A DNA stretch of 21,480 nt from Spirogloea muscicola (GCA_009602725.1 WELB01000008.1:1292720-1314199), one strand, 5' to 3'; shown: positions 9,992 through 21,395, counted from the first letter of the stretch. The notes: generated by a model not told the origin, from the sequence alone. Numbers and translations are program-made.

Positions 9992-12900
9992 ATGGGGACC
10001 AAGAAGATGCAGCTGGAGGTGGAGAGGACCCTGAAGAAGGTCCAAGAAGGGCTGGACGAATTCGGCAGGACTTGGGAGAAGATGGACCAAGCAACCGATG
10101 TGCGTAGCAAGCTTCTTGCGAGCTCATATTAGACCGTCCTCTCTATGTCAAGTAATGAGCTACGCCTGCGCTTTGTTATCTGCTTTAAATTGAGCACGTT
10201 CAGCAGCTTGCATGCAGACGTGTGTTGAAGTAGCTGCAGTCTGTCAGCGCAGCTGGAGTATAAATGAAGCCTGCATGACTTGACACTTTTCGAATGAGCA
10301 GGCAGCAAAGAAGGATAAATTTGAAAACGAGCTGAAGAAGGAGCTCAAGAGATTACAGAGGTACGAGCACTTTGTCCTATGGACTTGTATCCGACTGACA
10401 TACCCATAAATTTCCAACTTATCATCATCCTTGACCTACTGCACGTGCATGTATGATTTGCAAGCAACTGTGTCGTACTCCAGAGTTATGGTGTCGTGAA
10501 ATGTGACTGATAGCGCGCCAGCAACGATACATATGATCACCTAGTCCTGGAAATGGATAGAGATCATCTCTGGCCATACTGTCAACAGGTATCGAGATCA
10601 GATCCGGACATGGCTGTCCACCCAAGATACAAAAGCGCTGTCGGACCAGCTCGAGAGTGCACGAAAGCAGATTGAGCAGGAAATGGAGCGCTTTAAGCAG
10701 TGCGAAAAGGCCTCCAAAATAAAAGCATTCTCCAAGGAAGGGCTTGTTCAGCAGGTACACGGCTGGACAGCTGATGGACACTGGTATCAGTACTGAGAGG
10801 ACTGTGCTTGTGAACATTGTCCATGCCCACTGACTTGTCAATGAACATCAAATGCATCCATTGATACCTCTGATTCGAAACTTGATCATGCGGTTCATGG
10901 CGAAGCCTAAATTGGACCCAGAGGAGCAGGGAAAGGTCGAAGCAGCAAACTTCCTCAATAAGGTAAGCTTGCCTACTTTGGGGTCTGTAAGCAGCGCTTC
11001 AGCATCATGCATCGCACACCTCTTCGAACAAACTGGCTGCAGCTGGACCTTCTCACGGTGGATCGGAACGATAGCTTTGTGGTGTGCTTCTACAGACAAT
11101 TGATGCGCTTCAGCTGCAAATTGATGCGTTTGAAGCAGAAATTGAAAGCATAGGGCCAGGTGAGGCACTGCATGCATCCGATGTCATCTATGACGAACCA
11201 ATAATCTCTAAATTCTACTTTAGCTCAGAGGATTTCATTTTGGTCCTACCATTGCGAGGCTCAAAGTAGAGGAGCTGCAGCAAGCCCTGAGATATTACAA
11301 AGTGTGGACAGCAATACTGACCTTCAATTGGCGGCATTTTGACATTGTCGTGGCATTTGGCTGCTCCCATTCAGGACGGAGTAACAAAAAGACATGTTCA
11401 AGGGTTTCCGAGCTGGAGTGCATGATTGACAGGGTAAGACAAGCATCTCTGCACCATTGGAAGCAGTAATGCCTATTCTTCAGTCCTCATCATGGCCTCA
11501 GCAGCCAATCCTGAAAGCAACAAAAGCTTCTGGATGGCGCGTCCAAACACTGAAGCATGTCTCTCTGGAATTATGCCAAAGACATCTCAATGGTGCACCA
11601 TCTCCACATTGGCGTGATTTCACGATCTCAAATTCATGTGTTGCTGTGCAGAACAAGTGGCACCGTGCAAAGTTGGAACAGGTATCGGATGCTTTGAAGG
11701 TTGCATCGAAGTCGAGTTGTCCTAGTGATTGGTGCTGACACTCTCACACTTTACCTAGCAAGCTCTACTTTCATACTCTCTTAAGTATTCCACATATTTC
11801 ACTAGGACCAGGAGCAGCACATGGGATATTTAAATCAAGCAACTGTTACAGGTAATGCTGATATCACAGCCTCCTGTTAGCTGATGGCGACCTCTTTACC
11901 CTGTGAATGCATTACACAGGTACATAGGTTGCTGGAGAACAACGAGATTGCCTGTCAGGAGGTTGACGACCTGGGAGACATGCTGGAATATTACCTTGAC
12001 ATGAATCAGGTCACCACCTGATACCTGGATCTATGTCCTGGTGTGCATTCTGATGCACATGATGATTGTTGCAGGCGTCATGTACTTGCCGCTACAGTCT
12101 ATGCTGTGTTGGAGATCGATGCTGGCAATACGAGCACGTATTGAGATCTTAGCTTTTGAAAGGAAGGTCGAAATGTCTCTTAGGCATGTCAGCTGAGTAC
12201 CATCAAGCCTCTCAATGCTGTGTAGCTTCGTCTAAGACATACTTATATGAATTTTCCGTACTTCTGGGTGCAGGACCCAGACTACATGCATGACGAGACG
12301 ATCTATAGTCACCTCCCATTTGACAAGCTGGATAGCAAAGTTGGAGAAGAACTTAGCATTGGGCGCGCAGGTCGTACTGCAGAGTCACTGTCAGCATATA
12401 AACAATGCTACGCTGCGCTGTACTTGCGCTTTGGCTGCCAGATCAGGACCCTTCATTACAGTGACAGTAAATCGAGCTGCGCACATCCGCATCATGTTGT
12501 TGGATCATTCCTATGCATGGTGGCTTGAAGCATCTGTTTCTGCAGCCATGGAAGCCTGGAGACCTACAATTGAAGATGTGTCTTTGCTTCTAATGGCTGC
12601 TTCTGGAACACAGTATGATGAGATGTGTGCTTGACGTGCAGCTAAAGCTATACCTGGTCTCAGCCCTAAGAGTGCAGCTGCTGTGCTGGCCACTTCACCA
12701 ACAAGTGGTACTTCGCAGAAGGTGCCAGTGGACCAAACTCTGGCCAAAAGATTGAGTCCCGCAAGTTGTACCCTGACTGGAGGTCTACTATGCTGCTTTA
12801 AAATTTCAAAATGCAGTAACTGTACCTTGTCTTCAAAATATTCTTAATGTAAAAGCTAGCAGTGTACTGCACGTTGACCGCAGCATCTTTTGCAAGCCTG

Positions 12901-15900
12901 TGAGCTTAGGGCATGGTAGCTGAGTGTATGTTTTGTACACGGCCTATGTTGGTTGTACAGGAGCTTCAAGCAACTATTGCAGATGCATTTTCACTAAAGA
13001 TGACAGGTGATGTGCACACCGGGGCTTGGGTCTATGACTGAGGTGCCTACATTATGTGCTAAAATCTGAAGAATATATGTTGCAGTCGAGCAGGGTGTCT
13101 ATCTTCTTCCTTGACAGGAGTCTGCGGGTGAAAATGCTCGCATCGCTTCTGCTATGTACGTGCCAGTGATTTCCAGGACATGACATCTCGGTCATCCACC
13201 CAGATGACGTGTTTGTACTTATTTGTTTCAATTACATGGCTCGTTTATGCCAGATGCCATGGACAGTCCAATGCCGATGCAAATACCCGACAGCGCTTAC
13301 AGCCCAACAGCCGCTGGATCCTCTGAAGACATGTCGGTGTCAATTACACGGAAAAGAAACAAGTCCTTGTCTCCTCGCAATCTTGCTCATTCTCCACAAT
13401 CTGTATGTTCTTATCGCATGCTCCACTTTTCCACTCATGCTTGTTATATTAAAATGTCCATCTGCCACTCCGGCAGCCTGCAATGTCAGTAGGAAGAGCC
13501 AAGTCTTACATGAATGCAGTGACACTCCGACTGACTTGTGCTAGTCACAGGTGCTAGCTACACGAAGACGAGCCTCACTTCTGGCTGCAGCATTTGGGCG
13601 GGAAAGTCCTCCTGAATCCAGCCGTTTGGTACCACAGAACCCTGCTATAGAACAGGTCTGGCACAGGTAGAACGTGACAAGCTTTGGACTTGAGTGAGAT
13701 GCATGCAGCTGACTTTGTCAGAGGCTAGCAATGGCTAGATAGTGTGCAAAGCTGATCGCGTCACTCAGTGCATGCAGTATATAGTCGTCAGAGGCTAGCA
13801 ATGGCTAGAAACTCTGCAATGCATAACATTTCCAGTTTTTTGTGGCATTGCAGGTTCGTGAAAGGGACACAAAGGATGGGACTGTTGAGCTTCTGCGGAG
13901 GGATGCATCTGTGCATGCATCAAGTATGTCGCGACAGGGAGAACGGCTTGCGCCAGTTGGTACAAGGGCCAGTAGCATGCTCTTCTCTCGCAGTATTTCT
14001 GCAATAGGCACTGTGCCAACTTCGCGGAAGATAAGTCAACTCGATAGCCAAGGTGACAGAGTCAAAAATGGAACCTCCCAGGCCAGCTCCCGACATGCAA
14101 GTGCTAGTCCATCCAAGAGTAACGAGCCTCCTCAAGTGAGCTTCACTGCAATTGTCCTCATTGCTCAAGGGTGTGAATGTCAGCAGTTAGAAAGTGACAG
14201 CGTTCATCGTACCAAGATGAGCATCTAGTCCAGAAAAATGGCTGAGGCAGTGTCCTTTTGATGCCTTTACTCATAGTACGGTATATCCAGAGTCGTTTAG
14301 CTTCTACGATTTGCTGCAAAGAGCATCGACTTACTCATTGTATCGATCTCTATTGAATGCAGATGCAAGAGCAGGTCCTTCGTGACATTGGAGTCAATGT
14401 TTTAGACTCACAACAGACTATCTCAGAAGGTGGTTGTAGGGGACAAGCCTATACAGCAACTTTTCAAACCGTAGCAATTGACCCGCAAAGTGACAATCCC
14501 AGCCAGACAAGCGGGAAGGAAGTACGTATTAGTCATCCTTCCCCACTTTCAGGTTCTATTCAGACTCAAGCAACCCGTGCACACACTGGCGACATCTCCA
14601 ATCCTGCACACCATGTCATTAAACCCCCGACAAGCTCTTTCGGTCTCGATTTTTGGTAAAGAAGTAAGGGAGAACAGAGCAGGACATCAGGCTTTCCAAT
14701 TCACAGATACCAAGGAAGCGCATTTGGACTGAGAGACCAGTAGAGGTTAGCATACGCAGGATGCAACTAGTGGATTGGGACACTATATAGCTGACCAATT
14801 TGTCAAGGAGTCCAGCTTCTGACTGACTCTTCGCCTTGCTATCATTGTAGAGGAGAAGGGTGAAGACATGGAGGCTGGACAAAAGCTGCGGGAAGACTTG
14901 GAGCTGGGCTTCACTCCCAAATGTGACCACCCTACAAGGTTCTTAACTCAACACCAACGAGATCAACAACCTACGCCAGCAGCCCCTCAGGAGCACTCTC
15001 AGCCGTCATTTCCACCTGGTTGGCGGGATCATATTGACACCTCCGCAAGCTCCAGCTTAGCAACTCATGAGCTGCTCCCTGACCCTGCAAAGTGTACAAA
15101 GGGGCCGCATGACGAGGCCGACGCCCTGCTAATGAGTGGGCTGAGGCACATAAGTCCGACTCAAGAAAATGGAATGCCGAACCAAGTTGATGCAAGGTAA
15201 CCTTTCAGTAGCTGATAAGTGCGTAACATTCTCTTGTTCACCAAATACTACCATATGAGACCTTGTATACAAGCACATGTGAGCTATCATACTGAAGGGA
15301 TATAATATCGAGAGCATGCAGCATAATCTTCAGATGACTTAGAGCCACTATCAATACCAGCTTATGCTGAGTACTAATCAAATGTTCGCTGACTTGTGCT
15401 GACACAAGGCCAACGTTCGCATCATCAAAGCCATTGAAGTTGCCCTGCAGCTGGCCGCAAGCGCCAGTGGCAGCTCAAAACGCTCATGCACTGTTTGAGA
15501 AGCTCGATACCGATGCCTTGTTCTTCGCTTTCTACTTCCAGCAGGTGCAAACAACTCAATCTGAAGCTGCATTCAATCTCAGCTTCTCATGATTAGTCTT
15601 TTGCTTTCCAGCATCATCCCGCCAGTTACCGCCATCTGCAATCCTTGCTTCGCCTCAAATAAATCAGTAGGAAGAGTGGTTGACGTACTTGATCAAGATA
15701 AGATGTTGCACCACCTGTTGGCTCGAAGAAGGTAAGACTTTGCCAAAGGCACTCCTTGTTTGTGAAGCTTTTTAAGCGAGCCAATCTGATGAGCATCAGA
15801 GATGCTGATTTTGGCATAATCAATTCATCACAGACATTTTGTTCCAATTGCTTGTACAGGGCACGTATTTGCAGTACCTTGCTTCTCGGGAGCTTAAGAA

Positions 15901-16539
15901 GCAGGCGTGGAGGTACCACACACGCTACAACACTTGGTTTCAGCGCCATTCCAGTCCTCATGTTAGTTACCTACTCTAGATTCAGAATGCAGCGCCCACC
16001 CTTACCTACTAAAGCTTTATCACTGAAATCACTGATAACACATGCATATGCTACTTGATGCTTAATGTTATATCACTGTTTCTGTGATAAGGCACAGTAA
16101 CCGCTCAATTATACCATTGCTGTGGTTGCGTACAGACACTGAGCAGTCAAATCTTGGATGCTCGTTTACAGACAGCAACAGAAGAGTCGGAGCAGGGTAG
16201 CTACGTGTACTTTGACTTCAACTTGCACCAAGTGGAAGGTGCTAACAGGCAGACGAGCGGGTGGTAAGCCCAAGTTCAAGTCAGCATGTTGCTATTGGAG
16301 GGCTCATCAGTTTCTGTAGATAGCCTGCTTGTTCAACAATCACAATGTATGCAGCTTAAGTTTCGGTGTATTGGTCATGCCTTCTCAGTAGGTTGCAGTC
16401 GTCCTGTGGTTTTGTGAGTACGTATATTCAGATTGAGGTGCGCATGTTGGTGCATGCCCGTCAATGCAGGTGCACACGCATCAAGAACAGCTTCACTTTT
16501 GAATACAAATACCTGGAGGATGGCAGTAGACAAGCATGA
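9992..16539 (+). CDS. NOT3: CCR4-NOT complex subunit NOT3 (CNOT3/Not3/Not5 family). Exons 9992-10099, 10302-10360, 10589-10754, 10906-10962, 11096-11159, 11375-11433, 11652-11681, 11920-12009, 12274-12370, 12642-12721, 12961-13006, 13254-13402, 13551-13655, 13854-14135, 14363-(end unresolved), 14851-15196, 15409-15544, 15860-15961, 16172-16263, 16470-16539
   Basis: N-terminal Not3 domain: [24 protein letters not shown]...[25 protein letters not shown]...[23 protein letters not shown]-terminal NOT-box: [47 protein letters not shown]...[10 protein letters not shown]...[19 protein letters not shown]. The Ser/Pro-rich linker exons are less certain. Confidence 0.95.
13717..13809. repeat. 23-bp exact direct repeat with 70-bp period in a NOT3 intron
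   Basis: gtcagaggctagcaatggctaga occurs at 13717-13739 and 13787-13809. Each copy is preceded by tgcatgcag. Confidence 0.9.
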
Positions 16540-17257
16540 CTGTACACAGAAATGTGAAGCTTTAGGATGCTCCTATCGGTCGCTCTACTATCAAAGCGAA
16601 GCGCCTACAATTGGAGGCTGCTAAACGTACAGTCGGTCTTTAAATAGCAACAACGTACCACGAGATCTGATGTCAATGATGGCAGGCAAGCTAGCTTGCT
16701 ACACAGACTCACAGTCCATGTCAGGCGCGTGTATATTACAGGACGTTGGCATGTCCTTCGAAGTCCGTCCTGAGCCTCATCTTGACTATTATCAGCTGCA
16801 GCATGCATGCACAGTAGCTGCAGCCTGCTTGCTCAGTCCGTGTGGTTGCAGAGAATCGGGGGGATCAAAGGTGCAGTATTTGTTCACTGATGTGCTATAT
16901 GTGCTGCAGTGTGTACACAGGCCCCAATCTCTCAGCTGAAGCCTAAGAGTCAGTACAGGACTTGATGCAAGACCGTCCTGCAGTCATGCTGTTGCTGTCA
17001 TTGCTGAAAGTCGACTGAGCAAAATCAACCTGCATCACTGCTGAGACGCCGAGGCATGTGAAGTCGAGTGATGGTAATGCTGTGGTGACGCCTTTGATCC
17101 GTGTGCAACTCTGTCTGACGCTAAAGCTTCTCATCATGTGGAACCTTTACATGTTGCTGCATGTCCTCATGCGTTAGCTAACTCTTCAGCTCTTCTTCGG
17201 TGCTCCTGCCACATAGTCGATTGTATAGACATGGACACTACCGTGTGTGTGCCCATG

Positions 17258-18541
17258 TCAGTCCAGCAGCTTGCTTGTGGGAGAGTAGTCGAAGCTCAGG
17301 ATATTGTGCTGCGCCCCGTAGGCCTCCTCGTCCAAGTCCCCCATTGTGACGCCGTTGCGGTCACCGTAACCATCATCAGCACATGTCAATCCGTACTTGT
17401 AACCATTGGCAGCGATCATGTTGTTCTGAGAGCAACAGTTGAAGACATAGTGGTCCACGGCAGGATTCTTCTGATGCAGCTCCTTCATTTTTGACGCGTA
17501 AGCCTCAGCACCAGCAGCTGATGGGCGGCCAAGCTGCAGCTTCGAGTACGTCTCGTAGTAAACCATCGTGGAGAGGCAAGCCGCTGGTGTTGCCTGCAGC
17601 TGCTTGTAATTGTGGCCTGAAACTGGAGCCCCAGCCAAATAGCATGCAGTCCGGCTTACGGGTTGACAGAAGCTACCGCGTGCTGCCGCTCGGACAAACT
17701 GAGACAAACATTGGTCAAGCATGCATATCAGTGACATGCTAAGGCAGAAACTACAACTATAGCAGGCACATAGTAGGCCCACAGCTGTGTAGAAGTAGGC
17801 ATGTGAAAGACAGCATGGACCTCATGCGGCTTCAGACTGCCCTCCTTTCGCAATGTGCTTTGCAGTTGCAGGGACTTGATGGGAACTGCAATCACGTGGA
17901 GTGTTCTACCTGAAATATACCATTTCATATAAAAGAGAAGCATAAGAGCTGTCTAGCTCATCGAGTTGCAGGCCACGAACTTACCAGCAAACCCTGACAG
18001 GATACTGTGGCGAGTATACCCATTAGCACGAAGTTGTCTAGGCAAACCAACAATTGCAGTCAGCGATTGCCTCTATGCTGAAACAAATCGTACCTGCACA
18101 ATCAAGCACACATTTGAGTTGCATGTGACTGCAGTGGACAGCCTTCCTATGCATGTCTTCTAATACTAAACAAAACAGGGTCCAGGCTGGTGTTACCTTA
18201 GGCATCTAGGAAGTTCGAGGAGCGCGGTAGCCCGCGAAAAGGCGACATGCATCCATGCTGCCGGAATGGCACACAATAATCAATACCAATACTGCCTCCT
18301 GCACCCTTGCTCACCTCCCACTCGATGTCTGTGCTACCGCTCCACAGCTAGACGCCTAAGCCTCAGATTTCCGCAGACTAGCCAGGCCGGTGCGAGGAGC
18401 AAGACAGTGGTGCCGTGGCAAGGGCGATCACTGCGGTCGTCTCAGTTGCAGGTGGAGGAGCGCGAGCTATGGCTGCTGGCGAGCAAAGCCGATCTCAGGA
18501 ATTCCGGGGCCACGCCCGAGCGCCTTCACCAGGAAATCCAT
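17258..18541 (-). CDS. Uncharacterised protein of about 210-225 aa. Core exons 18072-17985, 17909-17821, 17698-17258. The 5' end is uncertain: either 18541-18530 plus 18347-18315, or an MPK start at 18205-18197
   Basis: Three exons bounded by AG/GT join in phase: RQSLTAIVGLPRQLRANGYTRHSILSGFA/GRTLHVIAVPIKSLQLQSTLRKEGSLKPHE/FVRAAARGSFCQPVSRTAC...NILSFDYSPTSKLLD*. The last exon is 147 codons with globular-type composition, and a GC island lies at the 5' end. No family recognised. Confidence 0.6.
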
Positions 18542-19160
18542 CAGGACGATCACGCGGTGGCCAGGCCATGCATTCGCTGCGTGGCAGCGATGAGCTACGG
18601 GCCACAGCTGAGCGTGAGCCAGCCAGCCAGCCAGAAAACGGCGTGGGAGTCCGGCCTGTTTTGGCCGCCCGTCAGGGCCTCCGCTTGGCTGACTGCATGA
18701 GCCACTCGGCACCCAGGCTTGCTAGCAGGCCTGATACTAGTATTTGATTTCTGCCCCTAAGCCCTCTGGCGCCAACGGCTCGCGCCGTGCCAGGTAAGAA
18801 GAGGGGCGCACGGAATGTAGTGGAGGCCAGATAAAATCTGAGTGAAAGCCAGTGTGCAACAAGAGGGGCTACAAGGCAACGTAAGCTAAGGTGATTAAGG
18901 TAACGATGCGAAAGCCGGCTGAAGCAAAAGCTGAAGCGGGACTCAGTACCCACGAGTGAGCATAAAGAAAGGGGACAGGCTTCATTGGGAGCCGGAGCAA
19001 TCCACGGAAGCGACTTGCCAATGCTTAGTGCACGCTCAACACGCTGTAAACAGCCAAAGCTTGGGAGCGCTGCAAACTTACCGATAGCCTCATTCTGTAT
19101 CATACAATTGCCTTAATGCTAGTATGCACCAAGCTGCCCCCCCGACCACGACAACGCGCG

Positions 19161-19185
19161 TCCAGCATCTGGGCCAGATGCTGGA
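19161..19185. repeat. Perfect 25-bp palindrome
   Basis: tccagcatctgg-g-ccagatgctgga, with 12-bp arms. Confidence 0.9.
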
Positions 19186-19689
19186 GAAGGAAGCATTTCT
19201 TACCGTAGCCGCCACGGATGTTAACAGCAGACGGCATAGAAGTGGTCTCCTCGAGGGTTTGGTGAGCAGCACAGTGAGAGTCGGTGGCAGGACATTGACA
19301 GTGTAATTACCGCTGGAAAGGTTGAGTGTATGCTTGAGTGCTGAGCAAATACGAGCGTATTGATGCTACATCGAGTTGCCCAATTGGTCGCTGCGTGCAC
19401 AATTGTTGGAGGGATTTCGAAACTGGCGTTTGGTACAGTGGCGGTCTTGGTTATTCTACAGCCAATGACATGGCATGTTCATGCTTCTGGAGGACTATTA
19501 AGAATCACACCCTGCAAAAGGGCTGCTTACCACAGTGGCATGCGCCAGCAGGGGCACGGTAGCCGACATGGGCAGCTTGGTGGGCCGTCAAGCTATCAGC
19601 GCCTTCTTGAACGCCTCGTCTATTCTTATGTGCCGATGCTTTCTATGACGGGCCCGAATGTGCTGGTAGAGGGAGAAGCTCCCTCAGCG

Positions 19690-19745
19690 GGGCTTGGCTG
19701 TAAAAGGCCAGCCCAACGAAGAATGAACACGGCCCAAAGGGATGG
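19690..19745 (-). repeat. Dispersed intergenic element, copy 4 (core only)
   Basis: ggctgtaaaaggccagcccaacgaagaatgaacacggcccaaag resembles copy 3 ggctgacagaggccagccccaaaagaatggacaaaatccaaag. Confidence 0.6.
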
Positions 19746-20508
19746 CGATGGCGAGGAAGAGCTGGTGAGGGAGGTGAGCGACCCGCACATGGCGGGAATG
19801 AATGATGGGGAAAAGCGACCCGCACATGGCGACAATCGATGGGGCAAAGCGTGGGCCGCGTGGACAAAGCACGCTGCAGGACTGTTCACATGCATGTTCT
19901 GAGCCCGGGGGGAAGGAGAGATTGAGGAGTGTCGCCGGCGCCGCGGCCTGCGATGCTGCGGGCAGGGGGGGCAAGAGGGGCCGAGGCAGCGTGGGCGGCC
20001 CCCACCAAGCGAGGCATGCAGGAGCGGCGCGGGCACATGGGTCGCCAGGCTTGGTGGCGGCGTGGCCGGCGAAGAAGCCCGTCATTGGAGGGGCTTCTAA
20101 GCTGTGTGAAACGAGATACGTCTCCCCGTCAACCGGCCCGCTTGCCCTGACACGGAAAGCGGGCGGCCCCGTCGTCTCCACCCCACTGTTGCGTGCGCGG
20201 CCACACCGTATCTGCATCTACTTCGCGCTCGTGGCCGCTCACAGCACGCCAGCGCGCTCCGATGTCGATTGCGCTGCCGTCACCTGGACCGCCGTGGGCC
20301 CCGCTCGTTGCGCCTGCGGGCCCGCCCCGCAGTGGCGCCCGACGGCAGGCGGCTGGCGGCGGCCTCGCCGTCGGCCTTGCGACGCGAGTGGCGACACGCT
20401 GCTGGGCCCGCCTTGTGCGGAGGGCGGCGCCGGCGCGTTGGCGCATTAGCGGATCCGCGGGTCGGCGCGCGACGCGGCGCGCCGGCAGGCACTGCGGAGG
20501 CAAACGAA

Positions 20509-20940
20509 GAGAAGGCGCGCGGGGCGCATGAATTTAAAGGGAGGCCAATTCAAGCCAATACATTGTTCAGGCAGAGTAAACGAAGAGGAGGCCCTGACGG
20601 CGGCAGGCGGATGGGGCTGCGGCGGGGCTCGACAGGAAGGCGCGCCGGCCTCGCTCGCCACGGCGCCACTCTCGGGGGGCTGGCTGTTCCAGCCCATATT
20701 CTCAATGGGCGAGCCCTTTCTTCCTCTCAGGTGGCGATGGCTGTGTAAGCACTTGCGATGGGGCCGAGGATTGCACTCCAGTATTAAGCTCTTCCCAAAA
20801 GGGTGCGAGGGCTGCGGAAGGTCAGCCCGAAAACAATGGACAACGTCTGAGGGGCCGGTAATCGCTAGTTTACACAGCTGTGCAAGTACCACGAACGACG
20901 GTCGCTCAGTAGCCCCCACTTAGCAGCCGCAAGTTCGAAA
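20509..20940 (+). repeat. Dispersed intergenic element, copy 5
   Basis: Contains gaaggcgcgcggggcgcatgaatttaaagggaggccaattcaagccaatacattgttcag, then gggctggctgttccagcccatattctcaatgggcgagccctttctt, then ctcagtagcccccacttagcagccgcaa. All three blocks are collinear with copy 6. Confidence 0.85.
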
Positions 20941-21020
20941 TATCAGCAACCGGAAAGCAGTCCCCTTGCTGATAGCCTTGCCGATAGCCAGAAGCGGCCG
21001 TAGAAGGTAACCAGAACGGA

Positions 21021-21395
21021 AAGCTCTTCCAGAGAGAAAGCGTTCGGTGCTCATGAATCGAAAGGGAGGCCAACTTAAGCCGATACTTTGTTCAGCACTA
21101 TTGCAAAAAATACGGCTACATGAAGCGAAGTCCTATGCTAAGGTGGCAGAGAAGTAGGAAGAAAGACTGTTTCCAGTAGAGGGCGAGGGCGATGGCTATG
21201 AAAGAAAGTGGCCCTTTTTGGCTTTCGGATATTGCCCATTCTTTTTGGACTGGCTTTTGCCAGCCCCTCTTCTCTATGGGCGAGCCCTTTCTTGCCAGAG
21301 GAAGCCAGAGGAAGCGCTAAGAAACCAAAGCACACAAAGAAAGAAAGCAGCTACAAATTACTCAGTAACCCCTGCTAAGCAGCCGCAAATCAGAG
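21021..21395 (+). repeat. Dispersed intergenic element, copy 6 (tandem to copy 5)
   Basis: Contains gaaagcgttcggtgctcatgaatcgaaagggaggccaacttaagccgatactttgttcag, then ggactggcttttgccagcccctcttctctatgggcgagccctttctt, then ctcagtaacccctgctaagcagccgcaa. Confidence 0.85.

Noticed and set aside
9421..10110. 229-aa minus-strand ORF with a hydrophobic segment
   Set aside because: It is antisense to NOT3 exon 1 and its UTR. The hydrophobic stretch is simply the T-rich strand of repeat copy 3.
13086..13156. Additional NOT3 exon
   Set aside because: Both candidate acceptors give stops in the required phase, and exon 12961-13006 joins 13254 cleanly.
19360..20923. ORFs 19360-19902, 19684-20217, 19802-20449 and 20528-20923 as genes
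   Set aside because: No recognisable motifs and no consistent exon chain. They are low-complexity GC-driven translations that overlap the repeat copies.
20509..20940. Classifying the dispersed element as a tRNA-derived SINE or a Helitron end
   Set aside because: There is only one weak GTTCGA match with no A box or tail. The hairpin is about 50-60 bp from the nearest CTAG, too far for a typical Helitron 3' end.
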